From Alphaproteobacteria bacterium (GTDB lineage: Bacteria; Pseudomonadota; Alphaproteobacteria; SP197): 64,000 bases of DNA. Made by a program: the position numbers and the translations under genes. This document shows positions 46,654-57,364 of the stretch, one piece after another. The notes below the pieces were generated by a model. That model had not been told where the DNA came from. It made no database searches and saw only the letters and a program-made list of their open reading frames with translations. The stretch spans positions 3,168,001 to 3,232,000 of the forward strand of contig OZ245842.1 of NCBI GenBank assembly GCA_965228895.1, given 5' to 3'. Position 1 is the first letter of the stretch. The number at the start of each line of letters is the position of its first letter.

Positions 46654-47376
46654 ATGGGGGTGATGGCGCGAGCAAAAGATGGCAACAAGAAACGACCGGC
46701 CAGGCGTCGCATGCGCCTGTGGCAGCGTCTGCTGGCACTGGTGTTCGTCGTGGTCGTGGTGCTGCCGGTCGTGCTGATCGGCGTGTTCGCCGCCGTGCCG
46801 CCGCCGGTAACGCCGTTGATGCTGATCCGCCAGGCCGATGGCTATGGCATCGACAAGACATGGGTGTCGCTGGAGCGTATCTCACCCCACCTGCCCGACG
46901 CGGTCATCGCGTCGGAGGACAACAACTTCTGCAGCCATAGCGGCTTCGACTGGGGCGAGATCGAAAAGGCGGTCGAGACCTATCAGGACGGCGGCCGCCT
47001 GAGGGGCGCCAGCACGATCACCCAGCAGACGGCGAAGAACCTGTTCCTGTGGCCCGGCCGCAGCTTCGCCCGCAAGGGAATCGAAGCCTGGCTCGCCGTG
47101 CTGCTCGACCTCCTGTGGAGCAAACAGCGGATCCTTGAGGTCTACCTGAATATCGTCGAGTGGTCGGGTGGCGTCTATGGCGCCCAGGCGGCCGCCTATC
47201 ACTATTTCGGCAAGCCGGCGAGCGCGCTGACCCAGCGCGAGGCTGCCCTTCTGGCGACCGTGCTGCCCAATCCGCTGCAGCGCTCGGCGTCCAACCCGAC
47301 GGGAACGCAGGCGAACCAGGCCAATGTCATCGTTCGCCGCATCGGCCAGCTCGGACCGCTGCTGGATTGTTACTGA
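46654..47376 (+). CDS. mtgA: Monofunctional peptidoglycan transglycosylase
   Basis: AVIASED..F..H.GFD, RGASTITQQTAKNLFLW, RILEVYLN. Confidence 0.95.
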   Translation: MGVMARAKDGNKKRPARRRMRLWQRLLALVFVVVVVLPVVLIGVFAAVPPPVTPLMLIRQADGYGIDKTWVSLERISPHLPDAVIASEDNNFCSHSGFDWGEIEKAVETYQDGGRLRGASTITQQTAKNLFLWPGRSFARKGIEAWLAVLLDLLWSKQRILEVYLNIVEWSGGVYGAQAAAYHYFGKPASALTQREAALLATVLPNPLQRSASNPTGTQANQANVIVRRIGQLGPLLDCY

Positions 47377-47424
47377 CAGACCGGCCGTTGTGTTAGGCTC
47401 CGTGACCCTGATGGGAGCTTAACC

Positions 47425-48063
47425 ATGGGCCACAGCGATCACCCGGTTGGCCACATCGTCAGCGACGACACCTTGCCGCCCGGTGCGCCGTGGAGCGGCG
47501 TGGTCGAGGTCGGCGCGCGGTTGCGTGTCGTCGATCTGGAGGGTCATCAGGGCGTCGACTTCCTGTGCTACAACGCCGACGATCCGACCGAGCGCTACAA
47601 CGCGCCGAACACGGTCAAGGCGGCCGGCAACATCACGCTCAACGCCGGCACCGTGCTCTATTCCGACCGGGCGCGTCCCATGATGACGGTCGAGGGCGAC
47701 ACCTGTGGCGGTCATGACACAATCGGTGGCTGCTGTTCGTCGTGGAGCAACGCGATGCTGTACGGCGTCGAAGGCGTGCCGGGCTGCCGCGAGAACTTCC
47801 TCAAAGCCATTGAACCCCACGGCCTTGGCTGGCGCGATGTGGTGCCCAACATCAACTTCTTCTGTTCCGTTCCGGTCGGCGAGAATGGTGCGCTGGCGCC
47901 CGGCGTCTTCGCAACCAGCCGTTCGAAGGCCGGCGACTATGTCGAGCTGGCCGCCGCCATGCGTGTGCTGGTGGCGATTTCCAACTGTCCGCAGGTCAAC
48001 AACCCGTGCAACGATGGCGCGCCGACGCCGATACGCGTGATCGTGCACACGAGGGATGACTGA
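47425..48063 (+). CDS. DUF1989 (urea carboxylase-associated) protein
   Basis: DLEGHQGVD, HDTIGGCC, GCRENF, NINFF, SNCPQVNNPCN. Confidence 0.88.
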   Translation: MGHSDHPVGHIVSDDTLPPGAPWSGVVEVGARLRVVDLEGHQGVDFLCYNADDPTERYNAPNTVKAAGNITLNAGTVLYSDRARPMMTVEGDTCGGHDTIGGCCSSWSNAMLYGVEGVPGCRENFLKAIEPHGLGWRDVVPNINFFCSVPVGENGALAPGVFATSRSKAGDYVELAAAMRVLVAISNCPQVNNPCNDGAPTPIRVIVHTRDD

Positions 48064-48828
48064 ATGATTGCAGCGAACAACAGCCGGGGCATCGCGCGCC
48101 TGGGCATCGTGGTGCCGGTCTCCAACACGAACCTTGAACCGGACATGGTTATGCTGCGGCCCGATGGCGTCTCGTTGCATTTTGCGCGCGCCGGCGGTTA
48201 TGACATCGACCAGATCCCGGACTCAGAGCAAATGCGCAAGTTCGCCGACGCCACGCTGGACGAGGTCGTCGACGGTCTAAGAGCGGCGCTTGCCGACATG
48301 GTCCTTTATGGCTGCACGTCGGCAACCCTGTCACATGGCCCGGCCTATGACCGCGCCTTTGTCGAGCGAATCGAGACGCGAGCCGGCGTCCCCGCGATCA
48401 CGGCCGCCAGCGCGGTCGTCGAGGCGGCGCAGGATCTGGGCGTCGCGAAGGTCGGCTTCTGCTCGCCCTATACCGAACAGCTCAACACCGAAGCCGCCGC
48501 CTTTCTGGGCGCCTGCGATATTGAGGTGGTGAGCGATGCTTATGTCGGCGAAGACCTCGGCAACTACGGTCAAAGCGCGCTGACGCCCGACGACGTGTTC
48601 GTGCTGGGTTGTCGTGCCGACAGCCCGGGCGCCGAGGCCATCGTCCTGACGTGCACGGATATGCGCGCGGTGGAGGCGATCGATGCGCTGGAAGCGCGCC
48701 TGAAAAAGCCGGTCATCACCAGTAACCAGGCGCTTGTGTACACCGCCATCAAGCGTCTTGGCCTGGACGGGCGGGTTCCCGGCACGCTTGGCGAGAGAGT
48801 GACGGAAGCGGTGCGCGCGGCCGAATAG
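48064..48828 (+). CDS. Asp/Glu racemase / maleate isomerase family protein
   Basis: GIVVPVSNTNLE, YGCTSA, LTCTDM, VITSNQA. Confidence 0.88.
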   Translation: MIAANNSRGIARLGIVVPVSNTNLEPDMVMLRPDGVSLHFARAGGYDIDQIPDSEQMRKFADATLDEVVDGLRAALADMVLYGCTSATLSHGPAYDRAFVERIETRAGVPAITAASAVVEAAQDLGVAKVGFCSPYTEQLNTEAAAFLGACDIEVVSDAYVGEDLGNYGQSALTPDDVFVLGCRADSPGAEAIVLTCTDMRAVEAIDALEARLKKPVITSNQALVYTAIKRLGLDGRVPGTLGERVTEAVRAAE

Positions 48829-49011
48829 ACAGCGACCGGCTTTGCCGCTGGAAACCGCCGCATCAATCGGCGATGATCGGGTGTCAGGCTAACGCCTGTT
48901 GCCGCCACCTGAGCAACCGTGGTGATGGCCTTCGTCTGGCACATGTGATGAAGGCAGACAAGCGGCTCACTCTTGGACCTAACCGCAGACACGTCACCGG
49001 CAAGCGATAGC

Positions 49012-49767
49012 ATGGCGCGGCTTTCCAATGGCATTCGCCTGGCGACCTGGAACATCCACTCAGGCATCGGCAGCGACGAGCGCATGGACATGGATCGCGT
49101 GGTGTCGGTGATCGACGCGATCGAGCCCGACATCATCGGCTTGCAGGAAGTCGGCTGGCACCGCTCCCATCATTCGAAGGTCGATCAGTTCGCTTTTCTG
49201 CGGGAGAAGACCGGCTATCACGTGGTCGAGGGCCTGTCGCGCGACCCCCTGCGCTCGCAGTTCGGCAACGCGCTCCTGACACGCTTCCCGGTCACCAGCC
49301 GGCGCTGGGTCGACCTGAAGGTACTTGGCCACCCGCCTCGCGCCGCCGTTGCCGGCGAGATCGGCGATCAGACGACGCAAGTCTGCGCCGTCGTCACCCA
49401 CTTCGGCCTGACGCCGCCGGAACGAGAGATGCAGGCAAGGCGGCTGTTGGATGTCTTCGCGCCCGAAAGCAACGGCTCGCCGCCAACCGTCATCCTGGGT
49501 GATTTCAACATGGTGCGCGAATCGACGCGCGCATCGCGCCTGCTGGGCGAGCACTTTTCAACCTGCGTCGCGGCGCCAACCTATCCCTCCTGGCGGCCGG
49601 TGCTGCCGCTCGACAGGATCTATCTCTCCGCGCATTGGAAGGTTCGCGAGGTCCGCGTGATCGATAGCGATCCGGTCAGCACGGTGTCCGATCATCTTCC
49701 CCTGGTCGCCGATGTCGAGCTTGTGGCCCAACCGGCCGCGCTCACAGCAGTGGACTTGCCAGCCTGA
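49012..49767 (+). CDS. Endonuclease/exonuclease/phosphatase family protein
   Basis: ATWNIH, LQEV, FGNALL, GDFN, LDRI, SDHLP. Confidence 0.92.
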   Translation: MARLSNGIRLATWNIHSGIGSDERMDMDRVVSVIDAIEPDIIGLQEVGWHRSHHSKVDQFAFLREKTGYHVVEGLSRDPLRSQFGNALLTRFPVTSRRWVDLKVLGHPPRAAVAGEIGDQTTQVCAVVTHFGLTPPEREMQARRLLDVFAPESNGSPPTVILGDFNMVRESTRASRLLGEHFSTCVAAPTYPSWRPVLPLDRIYLSAHWKVREVRVIDSDPVSTVSDHLPLVADVELVAQPAALTAVDLPA

Positions 49768-51238
49768 GCGTATTCTCGACGAGCTGTTGTCCGAAGGACC
49801 GCTTCGCCCATTCGGCCTTGTCGAGTTTATCGGACGCCTCGATGTAGCTCTCCTGCAAGGCTCCAAGCTGCGCCGCGAACTCCGCACCATAGATAAATAG
49901 AGCGACCTCGTAGTTGAGCCACAGGCTGCGGTAGTCGAAGTTGGCGGTGCCGAACATCGACATCGTACCGTCGGCCATGATGGACTTCGTGTGCAACAGG
50001 CCATCGCGGAACAGGCGGATCTCGACGCCCAATTCGAGCAGATCGTCGTAATAGGACCGGCTGGCATGGCGCGCCCAGAATGAGTCGACGACCTCGGGCA
50101 CGATCAAGGTGACCTTGACGCCGCGGCCCGCGGCACCGCGCAGCGCCAACAGCATCGGCGGGTCGGGAATCAGGTAGGGTGTCGTCAAAATCAGGCGGTG
50201 GTGCGCCGCGTTGATGAGCGCTAGCAGCATCTGCAAGAGACCGTCTTTGGTCTCGACCGGCCCCGACGCGACGACTTGAACATCGGCCGGGCCGTTGGGC
50301 TCAACATGCTTGAGTTGCGTGTGATCGATGAGGTCATAGATCGATTCGCCGCTCTCAAGCACCCAGTCGCCGATCATCGTCGCGCCGAGCAGGGGTGCTG
50401 CCGCGCCGTCCAGACGCACCATCGCATCGACCCACTGGCCGACACCTTCGTTCTGTTTGAAGAGCCGAGGGTCCACCAGGTTCATGCTGCCGGTCCACGC
50501 CACCCGGCCGTCGACAACGACGATCTTGCGGTGAAGGCGCAGATCGGTGCGGCTGAAAAACGCGCGGATCGGCCCGACTGGCAGGGCAGGCAACACGTCG
50601 ACGCCGGCATCGCGCAACTGCTTTGGCTGTCCACTGGCCATCCAGGGCCGGCTGCCGATCGAATCGACCAGAACACGACAGGCGATACCGCGTCTGGCTG
50701 CGCGCAGCAACGCCTCAAAAACCAGGTCGGCCGCACCGCCTTCCTGCCAGATGTAGAACTCCATGAGAACGCTGGTTGCCGCGTTGTCGATGTCCCGCGC
50801 CATCGTCTGCAGGATCTGTTCGGCGTTGGAGAACAGTTCGAACTGGCTGCCACGCACCGTCGGACTGCCGGCGGTATGGCGGCCCAGTCGGTCGAGCCGT
50901 TCGGCGGCCGGCGGATGGCGCGACCAGTCGATATCAGTCAGGCCATCGCCGATGGCGGCCTGGTTGAGCTTGGCATAATCGAGACGAAGCGCCGCGATCT
51001 TGCGGCCACGCCGCATGCCGACCCGGCGCTCGCCGATCAGCAGATAGACGAGCGCGCCGATGAGAGGAAGTGCTGCAACCAGGATCAGCCACGCCAGCCC
51101 GACACCGGTTGTCGGGCGCGACATGATCACGCGAACGGCTATCGCGATGCCGATCACGAACAGAATAAGCAGAACCAGGGGGCCCGAAGCGGGAAAGAAT
51201 TCGATCACACCGCATACTGCTCGACCCCCGATTGCCAA
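49742..51238 (-). CDS. cls: Cardiolipin synthase (start may be 51208)
   Basis: Two N-terminal TM helices; two HKD motifs HRKIVVVD and HTKSIMAD. Confidence 0.93.
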   Translation of the reverse strand: MAIGGRAVCGVIEFFPASGPLVLLILFVIGIAIAVRVIMSRPTTGVGLAWLILVAALPLIGALVYLLIGERRVGMRRGRKIAALRLDYAKLNQAAIGDGLTDIDWSRHPPAAERLDRLGRHTAGSPTVRGSQFELFSNAEQILQTMARDIDNAATSVLMEFYIWQEGGAADLVFEALLRAARRGIACRVLVDSIGSRPWMASGQPKQLRDAGVDVLPALPVGPIRAFFSRTDLRLHRKIVVVDGRVAWTGSMNLVDPRLFKQNEGVGQWVDAMVRLDGAAAPLLGATMIGDWVLESGESIYDLIDHTQLKHVEPNGPADVQVVASGPVETKDGLLQMLLALINAAHHRLILTTPYLIPDPPMLLALRGAAGRGVKVTLIVPEVVDSFWARHASRSYYDDLLELGVEIRLFRDGLLHTKSIMADGTMSMFGTANFDYRSLWLNYEVALFIYGAEFAAQLGALQESYIEASDKLDKAEWAKRSFGQQLVENTLRLASPLL

Positions 51239-51415
51239 TCAAGACTGGCATCCCGAGGCGACAAAACCTGAGGTATGGGCTCGGCCTGACGGCATCTGCT
51301 TCGCCGTCCGGGACGCCGCCTCGCGCTGCTAAGAACCGCAGCGTTTCAACCTAGAAGCGAGACCAGTAGTATGGTCAATCAATGGGCGCCGCGCGGCGAG
51401 CGAGGGGTAGGCATC

Positions 51416-53953
51416 ATGGCGGACGATACGTCGAAGGCGACCGAAGAGGCGCTTCAGCAATGGGCCGCGTCGAAGCAGGGCCTGACCAGCGACGAAGCCC
51501 AGAAGCGCCTGGCGCAATACGGCCCCAACGCGATCACGGCCAAGGAAGAGAGCCTCCTGAAAAAACTCCTCGGCTATTTCTGGGGTCCCATACCCTGGAT
51601 GATCGAGGCCGCCGCCCTGCTCTCGCTCCTGGTCCAGCACTGGATCGACTTCGCCATCATCATGGTGCTGCTGATCTATAACGCCGGCATCGGCTTTTGG
51701 CAGGAGCGCAAAGCTGCCAACGCGCTTGCCGCGCTGAAGAAAGGCTTGGCGCCGAAAGCCCATGTCGAACGCGACGGCGCGTGGTCGACCATTGATGCGG
51801 CCGATCTGGTGCCGGGTGACGTCGTGCGTTTGCGCCTGGGCGAAATCGTGCCGGCCGACGTCGCCCTGGTCAACGGCGACTATATCAGCATCGACCAATC
51901 GGCCCTGACCGGCGAATCGCTGCCGGTCAACAAGAAGGTCGGCGAGACCGCCTATTCCGGCAGTATCGCCAAACAGGGCGAGATGATCGCCGTCGTCACG
52001 GGCACGGGCGGCAACACGTTCTTTGGCCGGACCGCAAAACTGGTCGCGGGCGCCGGCGCAAAGTCGCATTCGCAACAGGCGGTCATGCGCATCGGCGACT
52101 TCCTGATCGTCATGGCGATCGGACTGAGCATTCTCTTGATCGGCTTCGAGCTCTACCGCGACATCGTGCTGCAAGATGCCTGGCACTGGAGCGACGCGGT
52201 CAAGATCCTGCAGTTCGTCCTGATCCTGGTCATCGCGTCGATCCCGGTTGCGATGCCCGCGGTGCTGTCGGTCACCATGGCTCTGGGCGCTCTGGCGCTA
52301 TCGAAGAAGAAAGCCATCGTCTCGCGCCTGGAAGGCATCGAGGAAATGGCCGGCGTCGACATTCTTTGTTCCGACAAGACGGGGACGCTGACCAAAAATC
52401 AGTTGACCCTGGGCGATCCCGTGGTGTTCGGCGGTGCGACGCCGGAGGCCTGCATTCTGGCCGGCGCGCTGGCGTCGAAGAAAGAGAACGACGACGCCAT
52501 CGATCTGGCGGTTATCGCCGGCGTGAAGGACCCGTCGGCCATGGCGGGCTACACCCAGACCGACTTCACGCCCTTTGATCCCGTGCACAAACGCACGGAA
52601 GCAACGATCACCGATGCCCAAGGCAACAAGGAGATGGTGACCAAGGGCGCGCCCCAGGTGATTACCGCGATGGCGAAGCTGGACAAGGCGACCGAGGAAA
52701 AGGCGCAGAAGGCGGTCGACGCCATGGCGGCCAAAGGCTTTCGTGCCCTGGGCGTGGCGCAGTCGAAGGACGGCGGCACGACCTGGACATTCCTGGGCAT
52801 CCTGCCGCTCTATGATCCGCCGCGCGATGACTCCAAGGAGACCATCCGACAGGCCCAGGAACACGGTCTGTCGGTAAAGATGGTAACCGGCGACGACGTC
52901 GCCATCGCCAGCGAGATCGCCGGCCAGTTGGGCATGGGGACGCACATCCAGGCCGCCAACGATCTCTTCAAGGAGGGCAGCGATCCCGACCACGTGTCGG
53001 ATCAGACGGCCGAGGCCATCGAGAAAGCCGAGGGGTTCGCGCGCGTCTTCCCGGAGCACAAATACGGCATCGTCAAGGCGCTGCAGAGGCGTGGCCATAT
53101 CGTCGCCATGACCGGTGACGGCGTGAACGATGCGCCGGCGCTGAAGCAGGCCGATTGCGGCATCGCGGTCAGCGGCGCGACGGATGCGGCACGCGCGGCG
53201 GCGGCGCTGATCCTGACCGCGCCGGGCCTTTCCGTCATCATCACGGCGATCGAAGAAGCACGGCAGATCTTCGAGCGCATCATGAGCTACACGATCTATC
53301 GCATCGCCATGACGATCGACATCATGTTCGTGGTCGTGCTGGCGACGATCTTCTTCGACTTCCGTCCCCTGACCGCCGTCATGATCATCGCGCTCGCCCT
53401 GCTCGACGACATCCCGATCATGACCATCGCCTACGACTACACGCGCATCGACAAGAAACCGGTGCGCTGGGAGATACGCCGCGTTCTCCTGTGTTCGTCG
53501 GTGATGGGCATCCTGGCGGTCGCCCAGAGTTTCGGCCTGTTGCTGATCGGCATGGCGTGGATGAACGATGCGAACCTGCAGGCATGGATCCCGATGGATC
53601 AGGCGCATCTCCAGACGGCGGTGTTTCTCCAGTTGGTCGCAGGCGGCCATTTGATGCTGTTCGTCACGCGTACCAAGGGTTTCTTCCTGGCCCCGCCGCT
53701 ACCCAGCTTGCCGCTGTTCGGCGCCATCTTCGGCACCCAGGTCTTCGCGGTCATGATGTGCGGCTTCGGCTGGCTGATGCCGGCCCTGCCGTGGGTCCTG
53801 ATCGCGCTGGTCTGGGGCTATGTCATCGTCTGGATGTTCATTCTGGACGTCGCGAAGCTTGGCCTTTACCGGCTGCTTGAGAACCGCGCGCATCACCGCA
53901 GCAAACATCTGGAAACGATGAGCCAGACGCTGCATCCGTACGCGCAACCCTGA
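51416..53953 (+). CDS. Plasma-membrane proton-efflux P-type ATPase (type IIIA, PMA1-like)
   Basis: WGPIPWMIEAAA, TGES, IPVAMPAVLSVTMA.GA, CSDKTGT, KGAP, DPPR, TGDGVNDAPALK, DIPIMTIAYD. Confidence 0.92.
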   Translation: MADDTSKATEEALQQWAASKQGLTSDEAQKRLAQYGPNAITAKEESLLKKLLGYFWGPIPWMIEAAALLSLLVQHWIDFAIIMVLLIYNAGIGFWQERKAANALAALKKGLAPKAHVERDGAWSTIDAADLVPGDVVRLRLGEIVPADVALVNGDYISIDQSALTGESLPVNKKVGETAYSGSIAKQGEMIAVVTGTGGNTFFGRTAKLVAGAGAKSHSQQAVMRIGDFLIVMAIGLSILLIGFELYRDIVLQDAWHWSDAVKILQFVLILVIASIPVAMPAVLSVTMALGALALSKKKAIVSRLEGIEEMAGVDILCSDKTGTLTKNQLTLGDPVVFGGATPEACILAGALASKKENDDAIDLAVIAGVKDPSAMAGYTQTDFTPFDPVHKRTEATITDAQGNKEMVTKGAPQVITAMAKLDKATEEKAQKAVDAMAAKGFRALGVAQSKDGGTTWTFLGILPLYDPPRDDSKETIRQAQEHGLSVKMVTGDDVAIASEIAGQLGMGTHIQAANDLFKEGSDPDHVSDQTAEAIEKAEGFARVFPEHKYGIVKALQRRGHIVAMTGDGVNDAPALKQADCGIAVSGATDAARAAAALILTAPGLSVIITAIEEARQIFERIMSYTIYRIAMTIDIMFVVVLATIFFDFRPLTAVMIIALALLDDIPIMTIAYDYTRIDKKPVRWEIRRVLLCSSVMGILAVAQSFGLLLIGMAWMNDANLQAWIPMDQAHLQTAVFLQLVAGGHLMLFVTRTKGFFLAPPLPSLPLFGAIFGTQVFAVMMCGFGWLMPALPWVLIALVWGYVIVWMFILDVAKLGLYRLLENRAHHRSKHLETMSQTLHPYAQP

Positions 53954-53967
53954 CCGGAGCGACAGCC

Positions 53968-54816
53968 GTGAACTATGACAAGCAGTTCATCGTCAAGCCG
54001 GGCAGCAAGGTCGACTTGAGCAAGATCGATGCCGGCTTCAAGGACAAGCACGAGAGCCACGAAGACGCCCTGCCGGAAACCGAGGCCTATCGCGACAAGC
54101 TGCGCGACCTGCAGTTTCGCCTCTATGCCGAGGGCAAACAGTCGCTCTTGATCTGCCTGCAGGCGCTCGATGCCGCGGGCAAGGACGGCACCGTCAACCA
54201 CGTGTTGAGCGCCATGAACCCCCAGGGTTGCCGTGTTAATGGCTTCAAGCAGCCGAGCTCGGAGGAACTGGCGCACGATTTCCTGTGGCGCATCCACAAG
54301 GCGACGCCAGCCAAGGGCGAGGTCGCGATCTTCAACCGCTCGCACTACGAAGATGTGCTGGTGGTGCGCGTGCACGACCTCGTGCCGAAATCGGTGTGGT
54401 CGAAACGCTACGACCTGATCAACGACTTCGAGCGGCTGCTGGTCGATAACGGCACGAGGATCGTCAAGTTCTACCTGCATATCAGCGAGGACGAACAGCT
54501 TCGCCGTTTCAAACAGCGCATCGACGACCCCGCGCGCAACTGGAAGATCAGCGATGCCGACTACAAGGAACGCGCCTATTGGGCGGACTACCAGAAGGCC
54601 TACGAAGAGGCCCTAAGCAAATGCAGCACCGAGCACGCGCCTTGGTATGTCATCCCCGCGAACCACAAGTGGTTCCGTAACCTTGCGGTCTCGGAGATCA
54701 TCGTGAAGACGCTTGAAGCGATGGACCCGAAGATCCCCGCGCCGAGCGTTGATCTGGATGCCATCAAGAAGCAGTACCATGCCGCCGAGATCGCCGAGAA
54801 GGACGGCAAGGTGTGA
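53968..54816 (+). CDS. Polyphosphate kinase 2 family protein (class III-like)
   Basis: QALDAAGKDG, FKQPS.EE..HDFLWR, FNRSHYEDVL, KWFRN. Confidence 0.92.
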   Translation: MNYDKQFIVKPGSKVDLSKIDAGFKDKHESHEDALPETEAYRDKLRDLQFRLYAEGKQSLLICLQALDAAGKDGTVNHVLSAMNPQGCRVNGFKQPSSEELAHDFLWRIHKATPAKGEVAIFNRSHYEDVLVVRVHDLVPKSVWSKRYDLINDFERLLVDNGTRIVKFYLHISEDEQLRRFKQRIDDPARNWKISDADYKERAYWADYQKAYEEALSKCSTEHAPWYVIPANHKWFRNLAVSEIIVKTLEAMDPKIPAPSVDLDAIKKQYHAAEIAEKDGKV

Positions 54817-54846
54817 CATCCGTGCTGTTCGAATCATGGCGCACAC

Positions 54847-54970
54847 CCCCTCACCCAGCTCCGGCTAATGCGCTAACGCACTTAAGCCTGCACAACCCTC
54901 TCCCTCGCCGGGGAGAGGGAAAGACAAGCGGACTCCCTCTCCCCTTGAGGGAGAGGGTTGGGGTGAGGGG
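54847..54970. repeat. Palindromic REP/MITE-like element, copy 2
   Basis: CCCCTCAC...GTGAGGGG ends; reverse complement aligns with 2808-3021. Confidence 0.8.
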
Positions 54971-55000
54971 TCGGCACGATGGCGCGCCCAAAAGAACACC

Positions 55001-56215
55001 ATGACCATCATCTTCGTCGTCTTTGTCGTCGTTTATGTCGGCATGATCTTCGGCAGCTTGCCGGGGCTGAAGCTCGATCGTTCGGCGATTGCTTTGGTCG
55101 GCGCCATCGCGCTTCTGGCGACCGGTGTCATGAGCCGTGAACAGGCGGGCGCGTCAATCAATTTCTCGACCATCGGCCTGTTGTTCGGGCTGATGATCGT
55201 GTCGGCCAACTTCGACCTGTCGGGGCTCTATTCGGCGCTCTCCGACCGGATCGGCGCAATGGCGCTGGGACCGCGCGCGCTGTTGGCCGTGGTTGTCGGC
55301 CTGGCTGGTTTGTTGTCGGCACTGTTGACCAACGACGTGGTGGCGGTCGCACTGACACCGGTGCTGTTGGGCTACTGCATCGACCGTAAGCTCAACCCCG
55401 TGCCGTTTCTGCTGGCGCTTGCCTGCGGCACCAATGTCGGGTCGATCGCGACGATCATCGGCAGCCCGCAGAACATGCTGATCGGCCAGCACTTCGATCT
55501 CTCGTTCACGGCGTTCATGGGTTACACGGCGGTGCCGGCGATCGCCTCGATGGGAATCGTGTGGGCGGTGATCGGCTGGCAGTTCAAGCACGACTGGGAC
55601 CTGCCACACCACGTCAAAGCGAAACCCCTGAAGCACCGCCACTTCCGAAAAGGAGAGGCGATCAAGGGTGCGGTCGTCACAGCCATCGTGGTCGGGCTGT
55701 TTGTCGCGACCGACTGGCCGCGCGACCTGATCGCGCTCGCCGCCGGCGCCATCCTGCTGGCCAATGCGCATTTTGCCTCGCACAAGATGCTGCACCGGGT
55801 CGACTGGCAGCTTCTGGTGCTGTTCATCGGCCTCTTCGTCGTCAACGGCGCGCTGCAGCTGACCGGCCTGCCGCAAACCTGGATCGCCGACATGCGCGCC
55901 GCCGGTTTTGATCTGACGGACCCAGCGATCATCTTTGTCGTGACTGTCGTCTTGAGCGACATCGTGTCGAACGTACCGAGCATCATGCTGTTGCTGCCGT
56001 TCGCCGAGGACGCCAGCCTGGGCCCGGTCATGGCGATCGCCAGCGGCCTGTCGAGCAACCTGGTTGTCGTCGGCAGCCTGGCCAGCATCATCGTCGTCGA
56101 TGCGGCGGCGCGGCGCGGGTTGAAGATTTCGTTCTGGGCCTTCGCGCGCACCGGCGTTCCGATCACGCTGATGACGTTGCTGGCCGGCGCCGGTTGGTTG
56201 TGGTTCGTCTCGTGA
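55001..56215 (+). CDS. ArsB/NhaD/SLC13-type ion transporter
   Basis: LDRSAIAL.GA, SALLTND, NVGSIATIIGSPQN, VDWQLL, VSNVP. Confidence 0.85.
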   Translation: MTIIFVVFVVVYVGMIFGSLPGLKLDRSAIALVGAIALLATGVMSREQAGASINFSTIGLLFGLMIVSANFDLSGLYSALSDRIGAMALGPRALLAVVVGLAGLLSALLTNDVVAVALTPVLLGYCIDRKLNPVPFLLALACGTNVGSIATIIGSPQNMLIGQHFDLSFTAFMGYTAVPAIASMGIVWAVIGWQFKHDWDLPHHVKAKPLKHRHFRKGEAIKGAVVTAIVVGLFVATDWPRDLIALAAGAILLANAHFASHKMLHRVDWQLLVLFIGLFVVNGALQLTGLPQTWIADMRAAGFDLTDPAIIFVVTVVLSDIVSNVPSIMLLLPFAEDASLGPVMAIASGLSSNLVVVGSLASIIVVDAAARRGLKISFWAFARTGVPITLMTLLAGAGWLWFVS

Positions 56216-56296
56216 CCAGTCTCAACGACCTTCGGCACAACACAGGCAGCGAGTCACCTACGACTGCATGTCAGCGTTGACATGGACCAGAGTTAA

Positions 56297-57364
56297 TCAT
56301 TCCCAAACACTAGCACTGGCGGCATCGTAGAAAGCTACCTCCATTTGAGATCGTTGACCTCTTAGTGCCGCCATGTTTTGAGCTTTGGCAACAATCGCTC
56401 GATTAGCGTCACTATTCGGATCTCCGAAGATGCTCACGTAGAGTTTTGCAAACTGACCCCTTGCCAGCCTGTTGAGAATGTGGTCGTCGCTTGAGCCAAG
56501 AGAATGCCCGTGTATGAAGAAACAATGGCGTCGTTGTCGAGCGTTTGCTGTCAACTGCTTGAAACCTTGATAGAGGTAAGCGTTGTGGCGAATTTTAGAC
56601 TTCTTCTGCGCGCTCTCTCCTTCTGCAACAAACAGAGGAAATTTGTTGTCGCCAATCGCAGCGCGAGCTTGGTCAATCAGGCGGTCATTGGTTCTGATCC
56701 ACGTGAATTTCTGCAGTTCGTTGCCAGCATCGAACAAGTGTAGCGCACCATGAAGGAAGTGAACTTTTGCATTGTGAGCGCCTACCTCACCTTGCCAAAC
56801 GACATAGTCAGCATCAGGGTCATCTTCATCGTTCCCAAATCCGTCGTTTGAAGTCAGTACTATCGGATCATCCTCGTCCGCATCCTCGTGCATCAGAGTC
56901 CAGTACAACAACAGGTCGTAGTTCAGAGTGAATACCTGACCATCGCCATTCTCCCCGAGGAAATGACTAAGGAACTGGCGGCATGACCAAAACTTCTGAT
57001 GGGGAACTTCCGCAGGAATGTTGGGGTGGTTGCCCGCAATAGTGGCCAACAAGATTTCCTTTAGCGCACTTGCATCACGCGTCATTCGCTCAGGAGCATC
57101 TCTCTCAGAAGGTGCATAAATCGGCGTGAGCTTCGCACCCGCTTCGAGGTTACGTATTGCAATCTCGAAATCTTGAGTTCCTAAGACGTCGAAAACCTTA
57201 GTTAACTCGGGATTCCCAGAAAAATCTGCTTCATTGAAAAGCGAGCCGTAGTGAAAGATGTCAGGACAACAGGCAATGCTAAAGCCATTGCCGAGCAGGA
57301 GATGACGTTTCGTATAGCCGGCGGAATCTGCAATCGCGTCACCGAACGAGATCAGGTCTACCAG
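56297..57364 (-). CDS. DUF4917 (SIR2-like) protein, probable CTG start, low GC
   Basis: Frame open 93 codons upstream of the track start, containing HLLLGNGFS; also TLNYDLL, FLHGALH, HGHSL..DDHI; no ATG/GTG/TTG before the in-frame upstream stop. Confidence 0.75.
   Translation of the reverse strand: MVDLISFGDAIADSAGYTKRHLLLGNGFSIACCPDIFHYGSLFNEADFSGNPELTKVFDVLGTQDFEIAIRNLEAGAKLTPIYAPSERDAPERMTRDASALKEILLATIAGNHPNIPAEVPHQKFWSCRQFLSHFLGENGDGQVFTLNYDLLLYWTLMHEDADEDDPIVLTSNDGFGNDEDDPDADYVVWQGEVGAHNAKVHFLHGALHLFDAGNELQKFTWIRTNDRLIDQARAAIGDNKFPLFVAEGESAQKKSKIRHNAYLYQGFKQLTANARQRRHCFFIHGHSLGSSDDHILNRLARGQFAKLYVSIFGDPNSDANRAIVAKAQNMAALRGQRSQMEVAFYDAASASVWE

Noticed and set aside
47377-47424. Guanidine riboswitch ahead of the DUF1989 gene
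   Set aside because: Only 48 nt of intergenic space and no recognisable ykkC or mini-ykkC motif
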